NCBI GenBank assembly: GCA_963746775.1
Contig: CAVVCK010000002.1
Location: 303,592-367,591, forward strand
Length of the DNA stretch: 64,000 nt
Source of the DNA: an uncultured bacterium
GTDB lineage: Bacteria > Patescibacteriota > JABMPQ01 > CAVVCK01
Direction: 5' to 3'
The notes beneath the pieces are model-generated. The model worked only from the letters and a program-made list of their open reading frames with translations. It was not told where the DNA came from and searched no databases. The position numbers were made by a program, and so were the translations under genes. This document shows, piece by piece, positions 1-9,714 of the stretch. Numbering within the stretch: the first letter of the stretch is position 1; each line of letters begins with the position of its first letter.

Positions 1-775
1 CATTAATATTTGTATAATTTATTCCTAAAATTCTGCCATCAGCATCATATACAATAATATATACATCAACTTTGTCAAACCCGAAGGAACTGTTATTTAC
101 TAATTCCCCACCTACTCTGCTTTTTTGATTATCAATATAATATTTAACATTTTCTTTTTTAAATTGAGTCTGTGGATTTTTAAATGTTTCTAACTTTTGT
201 ACTTCATTAATATTTACTTCTAGCTCTACTTCTGAAGCTTCGGTCATACCTTCCAGACCTATTTCTACTAAATACCTTTCTTGTTGAGGCAAAATATAGC
301 TTGTTCTTTCTTTCTCTCCTATTTTATTTCCTTCATTATCTTTTAATATAAATTTATATTTTAAAGAAGATACTCCCCATTCAGTATTAGAATTTCTAAT
401 CTTACCCAAAACGTCATAAGTTCTTTTTTTATCAGTTTTAACTAAATCTGTCTCTATTACTTCAACTTTAAAATCTTCTGGTGGTTTTTCTTCTTCCGTT
501 GCCACCTCTACTATCGGTGTTTCTTTTTCTTTAAATTTTAAAAAACTCCAAGGCGAGTAATTAAAGATATCACCAAGCAAAGTTACAATAAAATAAATAG
601 AAAAAGGAATGGCAATTAATACTATAGCAGCTAGCTTGGCATATTTAATAATTTCTTCCCTATGCTCCACTATAAAAATTTTTCTCTCAGTATCTTTCTT
701 TATTTGTTCATATTGTTCATTCTTTTTTTCTGCTATTATTCTTTTTATATCTTCTGAGGTTAATCTTTTGGTCAT
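1..775 (-). CDS. hypothetical single-TM membrane protein, 3' end runs off window
   Basis: Manual translation from ATG at 775: MTKRLTSEDIKRII...LAAIVLIAIPFSIILFIVTLLG...YDVLGKIRNSNTEWG..., open to window edge; not in ORF track. Confidence 0.8.
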   Translation of the reverse strand, partial: MTKRLTSEDIKRIIAEKKNEQYEQIKKDTERKIFIVEHREEIIKYAKLAAIVLIAIPFSIYFIVTLLGDIFNYSPWSFLKFKEKETPIVEVATEEEKPPEDFKVEVIETDLVKTDKKRTYDVLGKIRNSNTEWGVSSLKYKFILKDNEGNKIGEKERTSYILPQQERYLVEIGLEGMTEASEVELEVNINEVQKLETFKNPQTQFKKENVKYYIDNQKSRVGGELVNNSSFGFDKVDVYIIVYDADGRILGINYTNIN

Positions 776-826
776 ATATTATTAGTTTTTAAACAATTTT
801 TTATATTTTAGCTTATTTTATTAATT

Positions 827-855
827 TTGACAAAAGTATTTATTTTTGCTAAAAT
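827..855 (+). promoter_or_regulatory. sigma70-type promoter
   Basis: TTGACA-N17-TAAAAT with TG extension, upstream of 900. Confidence 0.7.
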
Positions 856-899
856 ATAAATAAGATTAATACAATTTATTATATAAAATAAAAACAAAT

Positions 900-1211
900 A
901 TGTTAGAAACAAGCAAAGATATCTTGTACATTGCTATTTCTATCGCAGTACTAGCTGTTTCTGGGTATTTATCTTATTTACTTTATTCTTTAAGTAAATT
1001 AACCCAAGAATCAAAGAAAACTGTGGAAGATGTTAATAAGAAACTAGAAAAGGTAAATCCAGTTCTAGATTCAGCCACAAGCACCATAAAATCACTAACT
1101 GAGACAATACAAGCTATAAATGACGGTATTTTAAAGCCTATTGCCTCAATATCTGAAATTATAAAAAAAGTAAGAACTGTCAAAAATATATTTAATAATA
1201 AAGAAAAATAA
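900..1211 (+). CDS. DUF948/YtxG-like membrane-anchored coiled-coil protein
   Basis: N-terminal TM plus amphipathic helix; adjacent to a YtxH gene. Confidence 0.65.
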   Translation: MLETSKDILYIAISIAVLAVSGYLSYLLYSLSKLTQESKKTVEDVNKKLEKVNPVLDSATSTIKSLTETIQAINDGILKPIASISEIIKKVRTVKNIFNNKEK

Positions 1212-1228
1212 ATTAATAAAACAAAAAT

Positions 1229-1513
1229 ATGTATAACAAATGTGGTAGTGGAAAATTTTTTGCCGGAACTTTTATTGGAGCAGTAATAGGTGCAGTTCTA
1301 GGTTTACTATTCGCTCCTAAATCTGGTAAAGAAACAAGGAAATTGATAAAACAAAAAGCTCAAGAAGCTCAAAAAAAAGCTATGGAATTAAAAGATGAAG
1401 CAATGGTAAAATTTGAAGAAGTAAAAAAAGAAGCACATGATAAAGCAGAAGATTTTAAAGGAAAAGCTCAAAAAGCAGTTAAGGTTTTTAAAGAAGATAA
1501 GAAGAAACAATAA
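1229..1513 (+). CDS. ytxH: YtxH domain protein
   Basis: GAVIGAVLGLLFAPKSGKETR signature. Confidence 0.9.
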   Translation: MYNKCGSGKFFAGTFIGAVIGAVLGLLFAPKSGKETRKLIKQKAQEAQKKAMELKDEAMVKFEEVKKEAHDKAEDFKGKAQKAVKVFKEDKKKQ

Positions 1514-1538
1514 GCACTGCTCTTAATAATATCTTAAG

Positions 1539-1568
1539 AAAAGCTCTTACATATTAAGAGCTTTTTTT
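1539..1568 (+). terminator. intrinsic terminator
   Basis: AAAAGCTCTTA-catat-TAAGAGCTTTT plus T tract. Confidence 0.85.
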
Positions 1569-1626
1569 ATATCTATTTGTTTTACTCGACAATTTATTGT
1601 ATAATAATTACAAAATTATAAAAAAG

Positions 1627-2304
1627 ATGGCAGAAGAAAAATCTTACGAACCAAATCGTGATAAAGAAAAAAAAGACACGAAGAAAGAAGAAAGGTTATC
1701 CTGGGAAAATGTAGAAAAATGTTTAGCTGAAAATTCTACTTCGGGTAATGCTTTGGCTATTATTGAAACTGAGAAAATATTCAGTAAAGTTTTAGATAAA
1801 TCCAATTTTCCTGGCAAAGACACTAATCAAAAAATCTTAAGCTTGAAATCTATTATTTCAAATTACAATGAGCTTTTTAGAGTTAGAAAAATATATGCGA
1901 AATTAATTGAAAGCACCAGCCCGGGTTTTGATTTAGAAAATTTGGATATTAGAAAGATTTTAGCTATTTATTACAAAGCTATCGAGGATATAAACAATTT
2001 CAATCAAGAAGGAACTCTTTTTAAAAAGATTAGAATGTACTTAAGTTCTTATTATTTATCTTTTAAAAATAATATAAAGAACATCGGTATCGGAACGCTA
2101 ATGTTTTTCTTTATCATTTTTATACTTGATAGCACTAAAATTGGAAATAACATTGTAACTCTATTTGTTGCTATCTCTCATTTTATATTCAGCTGGGTTT
2201 TATTCACCATACTACTCATTGGAGGCATTATCATAATTATTGTTGGCAGTTTATTTTACTTTGAAAGCAGAAAAAAGAAAAAACAATTAAGAATTGAAGA
2301 CTAA
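1627..2304 (+). CDS. hypothetical membrane protein (C-terminal TM helices)
   Basis: Track ORF 1597..2304; ATG 1627 preferred because the TTG start overlaps a TG-TATAAT-like -10. Confidence 0.7.
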   Translation: MAEEKSYEPNRDKEKKDTKKEERLSWENVEKCLAENSTSGNALAIIETEKIFSKVLDKSNFPGKDTNQKILSLKSIISNYNELFRVRKIYAKLIESTSPGFDLENLDIRKILAIYYKAIEDINNFNQEGTLFKKIRMYLSSYYLSFKNNIKNIGIGTLMFFFIIFILDSTKIGNNIVTLFVAISHFIFSWVLFTILLIGGIIIIIVGSLFYFESRKKKKQLRIED

Positions 2305-2615
2305 ATCACGAGAACACAAGAACAAAATAACATAAAAACAATAATTATACTTCCGACTTCTTTAGCCGGTTTTTTTGTTACATGTTATGTACTCCTTCGC
2401 TTTTAAAATCATAGATTTCTTATTTTTAAACATCCACTTATTATTTAAAACTAGGCTATATTTAAGTTAGAGCTACGGAACATTTTCCATTTTTAAAAGT
2501 AACTGAGTATATATATTTTGTATCACACGACAATATGCTACAATACAAAAATCAATATTATGTTATTTTGTTATATAGTTATCTTGCTACATAGTTATTT
2601 AGTTATCTTAAATTT

Positions 2616-5600
2616 ATGTCTTTTACTCATTTACATGTCCATAGCCACTATTCTCTTTTAGACGGCCTGGCCAAACCAGAACAGCTTCTCCAAAAAACAA
2701 AAGAGCAAAAATTAAATTCATTGGCTATAACTGACCACGGTGTTATGTATGGCTGTATTGAATTTTACCAAAAAGCCAAAGAATACGGCATTAAACCAAT
2801 TATAGGGGTTGAAGCCTACGTTGCTCCAAATGGCATGGAATCAAAAAGACCCAATATTGATATTAAACCTTATCACTTAATACTGCTGGCTAAAAATGAA
2901 GTAGGTTATAAAAATTTAATGAAGCTTGTCACTGAAGCTCATCTGAAAGGATTTTATTACAAGCCTCGTGTAGATTTTGAATTATTAAAAAAACATCACG
3001 AGGGAGTAATTGCACTGTCTGCCTGTCTACAAGGAGAGGTGGCTCGTGAAGTTGTAAATGGTAATTTAGAAAAAGCAGAAAATACAGCCCGTCAATATCA
3101 CGAGTTATTTGGCAAAAATAATTATTATTTAGAATTACAAGATCACCCAAACATTAAAGAACAAGGCATTGCCAATGAAGGTTTAATTAAAATTGCTCGA
3201 AAATTAAATATACCCCTAGTTGCCACCAACGATACTCATTATTTAGAAAAAGAAGATGACAAAATTCAAGACATTCTGGTCTGCATTCAAACTCAGAAAA
3301 AAGTAGATGACACAGATCGTATGTCAATGATGGGTAATGATTTTTCTTTGCGCAGCTTCGAAGATATGGAAAAAGCTTTTCATGATGTGCCAGAAGCATT
3401 AGAGAATACAGAAAAAATTGCTGCAATGTGCAATGTAGAAATTGAATTGGGTAAAATCAAATTGCCTAAATTGGAAATACCTAAAGAATACAATTATTTA
3501 GAATATTTAATAAAATCCAGCCTCGAAGGACTTCAAAAACGCTATCCTGATTTAGAATTTAAATTAGAGGAAATTATTCCTAATGATACTATCGATCCTA
3601 ACGAAAATGGCCAAAATCAAAAAGAAAAAATATTAGAAAGATTAAATTATGAATTAGGTGTTATAGAAAAAACTGGCTTTGCTTCTTATCTTTTAATCGT
3701 AGCTGATTATGTTAATTGGGCTAAATCTAATAAAATAGTAACTGGTCCTGGTCGTGGCAGTGCCGCTGGTTCACTAGTTTGTTATCTTTTAAATATTACT
3801 GAAATAGATCCTATAAAATATGATCTTCTGTTTGAAAGATTTTTGAACCCAGAGAGAATATCTATGCCTGATATTGATATGGATTTTGCTGATGACAGAC
3901 GCGACGAAGTACTGGGATATATTAGAAAAAAATACGGAGATGAAAAGGTAGCTCAAATTATTACTTTTGGTACCATGGCTGCTCGAGCCGCCATTAGAGA
4001 TTGCGGTAGAACACTAGATTATCCTTATGACTATTGTGACAAGGTTGCCAAATTGATTCCTATGTTTTCCGGTCTGGAAGAAGCCCTGGAAAATGTAGCT
4101 GAACTGCAAAGTATGTATAAAACTGATCCCAAGGCTAAGAAGTTGATAGATTATTCTAAAAAATTAGAAGGAGTTGCTCGCCATGCTTCCACTCATGCTT
4201 GTGGCACTATTATCGCTCCTAAAGATATTGTTAATTATACTCCTCAGCAATATGCCACTAGCCATGGTGATCAAAGTATTGTAACCCAATATGAAATGCA
4301 TGCTGTAGAAGATTTAGGACTACTTAAAATGGACTTTCTGGGACTTAAGAATTTAACCATCATCCAAAATGCTATTAAAATTATTAAGAAAACAAAAAAC
4401 GTTGAAATAGATATTGCTAAAATTCCTTTAGGCGACAAAAAGGCTTTTGAACTACTGCAAAAAGGACAAACTACCGGCGTATTTCAGCTGGAATCATCAG
4501 GTATGAAAAGATATTTAAAACAACTAATGCCTACGGAACTAGAAAATATTATCGCTATGGTAGCTTTGTATCGTCCTGGTCCTATGGAATGGATTCCGGA
4601 TTATATCGCTGGTAAAAGAGGTGAAAAAGAACCAACTTATATCCATCCTAAGCTAGAACCTATTTTAAAAAAGACTTACGGAGTAGCCATCTATCAAGAA
4701 CAAATTATGCAAACAGCCCAGAGTTTAGCTGGTTTTACATTAGGTGAAGCAGATATTTTAAGAAAAGCAGTTGGTAAAAAAATTAAAGAGCTGCTCGTCA
4801 AACAAAAGGTAAAATTCGTCCAGGGTTGTATGGATAATAAAATCCCCAGAGAAATTGCTAACCAAGTCTTTGCTTTTATTGAACCTTTTGCTGGTTATGG
4901 TTTTAACAGAAGCCATGCCGCCTGCTATGCTTTAATCGCCTATCAAACAGCTTATTTAAAATCACATTATCCCTGTGAATTTATGGCAGCCCTGCTCACT
5001 TCCGATCAAGGAAATACTGATCGATTAGCTATTGAAATTGCTGAGTCAGAGCAGTTAGATATTAGAGTGCTTTCTCCAGATGTTAATGAAAGTTTTGCTG
5101 ATTTTACAGCTGTTATTAAAAAAGATGGCGAGTCAATACGCTTCGGTCTGCGAGCTATTAAAAATGTTGGTGAAAATATTGTGAACGAAATAATCAATGA
5201 ACGCAAAAAAAACGGAAGATATAAAAGCTTAGAAGATTTAGCCAAAAGAGTAGCTACTAAAGACTTCAACAAAAAATCTTTAGAGGCTCTAGCCAAAAGT
5301 GGGGCTTTAGATTCTATGGCAGAACGTAATCAAATATTAGAAAATACTGAACGAATACTAGGATTTTCTAAATCAGAACAAAAAGCCAAGCTGCAAGGAC
5401 AAAAGGATTTGTTTTCAATATTAACCCCTAAAGATCAAAAAAAGAGTGTACCTAAAATTAAATTAGATGAAGCAGAGCCGGCTACAAAGAAAGAAAGACT
5501 TGCCTGGGAGCGAGAATTATTGGGCCTTTATGTTTCTGATCATCCCCTAAACGAATATAAAAATTATTTAGCCGCTCATACCATCTTATGCAATAAGCTA

Positions 5601-6152
5601 GAAAAAAATTGTCGAGCCAATCAAGTGGTTATAATTGGTGGCATTGTTTCAGAAATTAAAAAAATAATTACCAAAAAGGGCGATCCTATGCTTTTCGTAA
5701 AAATGGAAGATTTAACTTCCAGTGTTGAAATTTTGGTTTTCCCAAGAACTCTGAAAGAAAATCCTCTACTGTGGGAAGAAGATAAAATTTTATTAATAAA
5801 AGGAAAAATATCGGACAAAGATGATGAAGTTAAAATATTAGTAGAAAAAGCTAAAGAGTTGAATTTAGAAAAAGTAAAAGAGTGGGAAAAGCAAGGAGGT
5901 AAAATAAAGACATATAAAAAAGAAAATGCTACTCCTCTAATAATTTCTGTAGCCTCTGGTGCTAATCAAGATTTATTCCAAGAATTAAAGACTATCTTAT
6001 CTAAATATGACGGAAAACAAGATGTAATCTTAAAAATACCCGATAAAAACAATAATTTTAAAGAAATAAAAACAAGCCTCAGCGTAGATTATAACGATAG
6101 TTTAAAGGCTAGTTTATTGAATTTAGTGAATCAGGGAAAAATTTCTATTTGA
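2616..6152 (+). CDS. dnaE: DNA polymerase III alpha subunit
   Basis: PHP HLHVHSHYSLLDG, GPGRGSAAGS, MPDIDMDF, GFNRSHA, C-terminal OB fold. Confidence 0.99.
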   Translation: MSFTHLHVHSHYSLLDGLAKPEQLLQKTKEQKLNSLAITDHGVMYGCIEFYQKAKEYGIKPIIGVEAYVAPNGMESKRPNIDIKPYHLILLAKNEVGYKNLMKLVTEAHLKGFYYKPRVDFELLKKHHEGVIALSACLQGEVAREVVNGNLEKAENTARQYHELFGKNNYYLELQDHPNIKEQGIANEGLIKIARKLNIPLVATNDTHYLEKEDDKIQDILVCIQTQKKVDDTDRMSMMGNDFSLRSFEDMEKAFHDVPEALENTEKIAAMCNVEIELGKIKLPKLEIPKEYNYLEYLIKSSLEGLQKRYPDLEFKLEEIIPNDTIDPNENGQNQKEKILERLNYELGVIEKTGFASYLLIVADYVNWAKSNKIVTGPGRGSAAGSLVCYLLNITEIDPIKYDLLFERFLNPERISMPDIDMDFADDRRDEVLGYIRKKYGDEKVAQIITFGTMAARAAIRDCGRTLDYPYDYCDKVAKLIPMFSGLEEALENVAELQSMYKTDPKAKKLIDYSKKLEGVARHASTHACGTIIAPKDIVNYTPQQYATSHGDQSIVTQYEMHAVEDLGLLKMDFLGLKNLTIIQNAIKIIKKTKNVEIDIAKIPLGDKKAFELLQKGQTTGVFQLESSGMKRYLKQLMPTELENIIAMVALYRPGPMEWIPDYIAGKRGEKEPTYIHPKLEPILKKTYGVAIYQEQIMQTAQSLAGFTLGEADILRKAVGKKIKELLVKQKVKFVQGCMDNKIPREIANQVFAFIEPFAGYGFNRSHAACYALIAYQTAYLKSHYPCEFMAALLTSDQGNTDRLAIEIAESEQLDIRVLSPDVNESFADFTAVIKKDGESIRFGLRAIKNVGENIVNEIINERKKNGRYKSLEDLAKRVATKDFNKKSLEALAKSGALDSMAERNQILENTERILGFSKSEQKAKLQGQKDLFSILTPKDQKKSVPKIKLDEAEPATKKERLAWERELLGLYVSDHPLNEYKNYLAAHTILCNKLEKNCRANQVVIIGGIVSEIKKIITKKGDPMLFVKMEDLTSSVEILVFPRTLKENPLLWEEDKILLIKGKISDKDDEVKILVEKAKELNLEKVKEWEKQGGKIKTYKKENATPLIISVASGANQDLFQELKTILSKYDGKQDVILKIPDKNNNFKEIKTSLSVDYNDSLKASLLNLVNQGKISI

Positions 6153-6177
6153 CAAATTTATTATAAATCATTACTAT
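6149..6177 (+). promoter_or_regulatory. sigma70-type promoter overlapping dnaE stop
   Basis: TTGACA-N17-TACTAT. Confidence 0.7.
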
Positions 6178-6200
6178 AAAAATACTAAGGAGAAAATGTC

Positions 6201-6380
6201 ATGTCTAAAGATAGAATTCCTGCAATAGCTGCTCTAAATATTTTGAGTTTATATAATCATTTTGGCAAAAAAATCTCAAAAAAAAGAATATTGGAAGTTT
6301 GGAAAAAAAATCCCAACGCGAACTATGAGCAACTCAAAGCTCTCCTCGCTCTCCTCCAAAAAGAAGAGGAAGTAGTATGA
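6201..6380 (+). CDS. small hypothetical protein (59 aa)
   Basis: MSKDRIPAIAALNILSLYNHFGKKISKKRILEVWKKNPNANYEQLKALLALLQKEEEVV*; AGGAG 8 nt upstream, promoter upstream. Confidence 0.6.
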   Translation: MSKDRIPAIAALNILSLYNHFGKKISKKRILEVWKKNPNANYEQLKALLALLQKEEEVV

Positions 6381-6473
6381 CAACACACATTACAAGGAGC
6401 GCGTTCATTCCCCCATCCTCGAGAGTTTCGCTCCCTCTCTTATTTCTCACATTAATTTTTTATAAATATATTT

Positions 6474-7811
6474 ATGACTCAAGAAACAGAAATCAAACCA
6501 AAAATTGAAAATGATGGAGAAGAACAACCATCTGAAGAAACTGAAAAATTAGAAAACAAAGATAGGCTTTTAAAGTTCTTAAAAGAAAATAAACCCTCTC
6601 GAGAAATAAAAGAAAGATCAGTAGAAGAAGTAGGGTTGATAGAGCCCTTGGCGGTTAAAGTCCGAGATTACAGAAAAGAATTAGAAGATAGCGGAGTTAA
6701 TAAAGAAGCTGTAGATAGCCTCGTACTTAAACATGCCATAGAATTAAAAAAATCCCAACAAGACCCCCGACCTTACGTTGAGCTAGGTAATAGGACTTAT
6801 GCTGTAGGACGATTATCAGAAGAAGTGAATAGAGTTATTCCTGAAGACAGGGAAATCAGTGAAAATGATCTAGAGCGTATCTATAGGCTTGATCATGATT
6901 TAGATGAATTTAAAACCGTAAATGATTATTATGGTCATGCTGCCGGAGATGAAATATTAAAAACTTATTCCAATATATTAAAAAGTGGTGAGTCCGCCGC
7001 TTGGCTCAAAAATTTAGGAGTTTTAGACGAAAGAAATACCAAAAAAGAAATGGATTCTTTCGAAGTTACAATAGAAGGGGGCGAAGAATTTGGCGGAATG
7101 ATGGTTTTTAAGGAAAAATTTACTCCGGTTAAACTGGATGATGGCTCAGAATTATCTACACGGGAAGAAGTAGTCAAAGCATTTATTGCTAAAATACAAG
7201 AAGAAACTACCAAAAAATTCAAGGAAGTTTTAACTAGAAAAAATAATAATGGCACACCAGAATTTCCTATTAAGGCTAAATTACCAGAGGGAGTTACTCT
7301 TCCAGAAAATTTTGTTATTGATTCAGGCTCTAGCTTTGGATATGCCTCATTTAGCGAAGCTATGGATCACGCCGCCATAACCGAAGATGATATATCGGAA
7401 GGAAATGCTTATGCTGTAGTGTTACAAAAAATAAGAGCTAGCCTATTTGAAGTAAGTGATGCTAGAGCGTATCAGAATAAAAATGAAAGAAAAATAGCTA
7501 GAGAAACCAGCGAAGATGAAAATAAAAAAATAACTGCCGAAATATCACCCCGTGGGCGCGCTGAAATGTTAGAAAGACAAGCGCGTGAGTCTTCTAAAGA
7601 ATTAGAATTAAAAAGGAAACAGTTAGAAACAGCGAATAAATTAATCACAACACTCACTGAAAACGTTAACAAATTAAAAGTAATGATAGAAACAATCAAA
7701 GGTTCAGATAGTTATGACTTAATCGCTCCGACACTATCAAAACAAGTAGCAGATATGGAAAAAGAAATAGAAACACATAGAATAGAACAAGAAAAATTAC
7801 TAAATTCCTAA
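6474..7811 (+). CDS. GGDEF-domain (diguanylate cyclase-like) protein
   Basis: ELGNR...DLDEFKTVNDYYGHAAGDEILK...GGEEF; C-terminal coiled coil. Confidence 0.85.
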   Translation: MTQETEIKPKIENDGEEQPSEETEKLENKDRLLKFLKENKPSREIKERSVEEVGLIEPLAVKVRDYRKELEDSGVNKEAVDSLVLKHAIELKKSQQDPRPYVELGNRTYAVGRLSEEVNRVIPEDREISENDLERIYRLDHDLDEFKTVNDYYGHAAGDEILKTYSNILKSGESAAWLKNLGVLDERNTKKEMDSFEVTIEGGEEFGGMMVFKEKFTPVKLDDGSELSTREEVVKAFIAKIQEETTKKFKEVLTRKNNNGTPEFPIKAKLPEGVTLPENFVIDSGSSFGYASFSEAMDHAAITEDDISEGNAYAVVLQKIRASLFEVSDARAYQNKNERKIARETSEDENKKITAEISPRGRAEMLERQARESSKELELKRKQLETANKLITTLTENVNKLKVMIETIKGSDSYDLIAPTLSKQVADMEKEIETHRIEQEKLLNS

Positions 7812-7820
7812 AAATATATA

Positions 7821-7852
7821 AAAAAAGAAGCTCCACAAAAAGCTTCTTTTTT
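7821..7852. terminator. bidirectional terminator
   Basis: AAAAAAGAAGCT-N8-AGCTTCTTTTTT between convergent genes. Confidence 0.85.
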
Positions 7853-7873
7853 ATTTTTTAAAATTTATAAATT

Positions 7874-9400
7874 TTAAGCAGCCTGCCTTACTTCATCGAC
7901 TAATTCTCCCACAAAATCCTTCATAATTTCACTCTCTTCTCTACCATTCTGCTCTTGTAATGCCTTTCTAAGAAAAGCGTTCTTTCTTTCTTTCTTTAAT
8001 CTTAAAACTTTACTCATTTCGCTCGGTCCTATCTTAAATTTTTTTGCTGTTTCCGTAAAATTTTTTTGGTCTCCCAAGGCTTTATTTAATTTTTTATATT
8101 TCTTTTGCGCCTCACTCACAATTTCCATTATCTCAGTTAAATTGTCTATTTTTCTCTTTAAAATATCCGCCTCTTTACCTTCAGCAGGCTTAGCCGCTAA
8201 TAATTTTTCTTTTTCTTTTAAATTATATTCTATTCCTTCTCGCTGCTCCTTGGTCAACTCTAACTTTAAACGTAAACCCCTCATTCTACCCGCTTTGTAT
8301 TTATCCCTTAATAAAGGTAATTCTTCAACAACCGTTGTATCAACTACCTTACCCTCTGAATCAATCACTTCGATCTTTGATCCTCTATCTTTATCAGTTT
8401 TTATAATTCCTTCATAAGCCCTAGAATTTCCAATTGGAGAAACTATTTCCCCATCTTCTAAGGCTTTTTTATAATAATCTATGTCTTTTTGCAAAATCTC
8501 ATTCTTTTGCGCCTCCCTAGGATCCAATTTTATTTCCGCTATATTTCTTTCTACATAAAGAGTTTGGCTTAATTTACTTAGTTCTCTGAATGTGTTTACC
8601 CCCTCATGACACAAGAGAGCTAATGACTTTCTTATATCTTCTTTCCCCTTGTCTGTACTTTCATGCCCACCGCCCTCTCTTATGTTCTCCAGCTTAAGAA
8701 GCTGAGAATCAAGATTTTGTATTTCTTCTTCTAATCTTTTTATCTGTTTAATATCCTCGTTATCCAATTCTTCTTGCGCATTTAGTTTATCTAAAGCATC
8801 CTGATCTGATTCTTGTTGCAGTTTTACATTCTCAATTTGATTAGCGGGTAATTCTCCCTTGAGACTAGTTCCGCCTGCACGCTCTATTAAGGTATCCAGT
8901 ATTTTTCTATAAATTTCCCGACTTGCTTCTGCTTCACTAAAACCACTACCTTCTAATTCTTTTTCATAACTAAATAAACGTTCAAATGAGTCGGCTTGCC
9001 CTTCAGGGACTAAATCATCAGATTTAATTTCTTCTGATTTAATTTCTTTTGGTTTATTTTCTCCTTCAGTCTTAACTCTTTCCACCTTAGTACTCCCTAA
9101 CGTCTCACTGTTATCAGTTAATTCAATTTCTTCCCCTGCCTTTTTTAAAGCTTTATCTGCTTCTTTTTCTACGCCTTCTAATTCTTTTTCCATAGACTCC
9201 CCTTCTGCTTTGGTAAAACCAAACCTTTTAGAAACCCAACCAAATACTTCCTTTCCTCTCTGAACCAAAAAATTTTTTGCTCCCGCTAATTTATCTTTAA
9301 CACTCTTGGGATCCTCAAATTCATCCTCAATATACTCTTCTTCAACGCCTTTTACTTCTGTGGTTTCTCTCTCTGACAAATTTTTTTTAAAATCTGACAT
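7874..9400 (-). CDS. hypothetical E/K-rich coiled-coil protein
   Basis: 508-aa ORF, no recognisable motif. Confidence 0.8.
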   Translation of the reverse strand: MSDFKKNLSERETTEVKGVEEEYIEDEFEDPKSVKDKLAGAKNFLVQRGKEVFGWVSKRFGFTKAEGESMEKELEGVEKEADKALKKAGEEIELTDNSETLGSTKVERVKTEGENKPKEIKSEEIKSDDLVPEGQADSFERLFSYEKELEGSGFSEAEASREIYRKILDTLIERAGGTSLKGELPANQIENVKLQQESDQDALDKLNAQEELDNEDIKQIKRLEEEIQNLDSQLLKLENIREGGGHESTDKGKEDIRKSLALLCHEGVNTFRELSKLSQTLYVERNIAEIKLDPREAQKNEILQKDIDYYKKALEDGEIVSPIGNSRAYEGIIKTDKDRGSKIEVIDSEGKVVDTTVVEELPLLRDKYKAGRMRGLRLKLELTKEQREGIEYNLKEKEKLLAAKPAEGKEADILKRKIDNLTEIMEIVSEAQKKYKKLNKALGDQKNFTETAKKFKIGPSEMSKVLRLKKERKNAFLRKALQEQNGREESEIMKDFVGELVDEVRQAA

Positions 9401-9418
9401 ATTTTTATAATTAATTTA

Positions 9419-9592
9419 TTACTTTAACTTTTCTCTAATTTTTTCTATTTCCTCATTCTCTTTTTTCTTAATATACTTTTCAATAATTTTATCCTGCTTC
9501 TTTTTTAAGCTATCTAAAATACCAATATATTTTTCATATATCTTTTTATTTCTTTCCGCTCTTTTTATTTTTTTAATATCTTTATCGGTCAT
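9419..9592 (-). CDS. small basic helical protein (57 aa)
   Basis: Manual translation MTDKDIKKIKRAERNKKIYEKYIGILDSLKKKQDKIIEKYIKKKENEEIEKIREKLK*; stop 18 nt before next ATG. Confidence 0.6.
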   Translation of the reverse strand: MTDKDIKKIKRAERNKKIYEKYIGILDSLKKKQDKIIEKYIKKKENEEIEKIREKLK

Positions 9593-9714
9593 CTTAAGAT
9601 TTTTTAATATAATTATTATAAACTATTTGTATCATTACGTAAAATCTGCTATTATTTAAATTAGATTTCACATATCTTTATGTTTTTATTTTTTTATAAT
9701 TTTAATTTTTTAAA

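Noticed and set aside
2390-2510. Possible split REP (TCCTTCGC...AGCTACGGA) upstream of dnaE
   Set aside because: Matches too short and interrupted to support a call
2616-6152. Intein or split dnaE
   Set aside because: Normal length, no splicing motifs; only a short loop insertion
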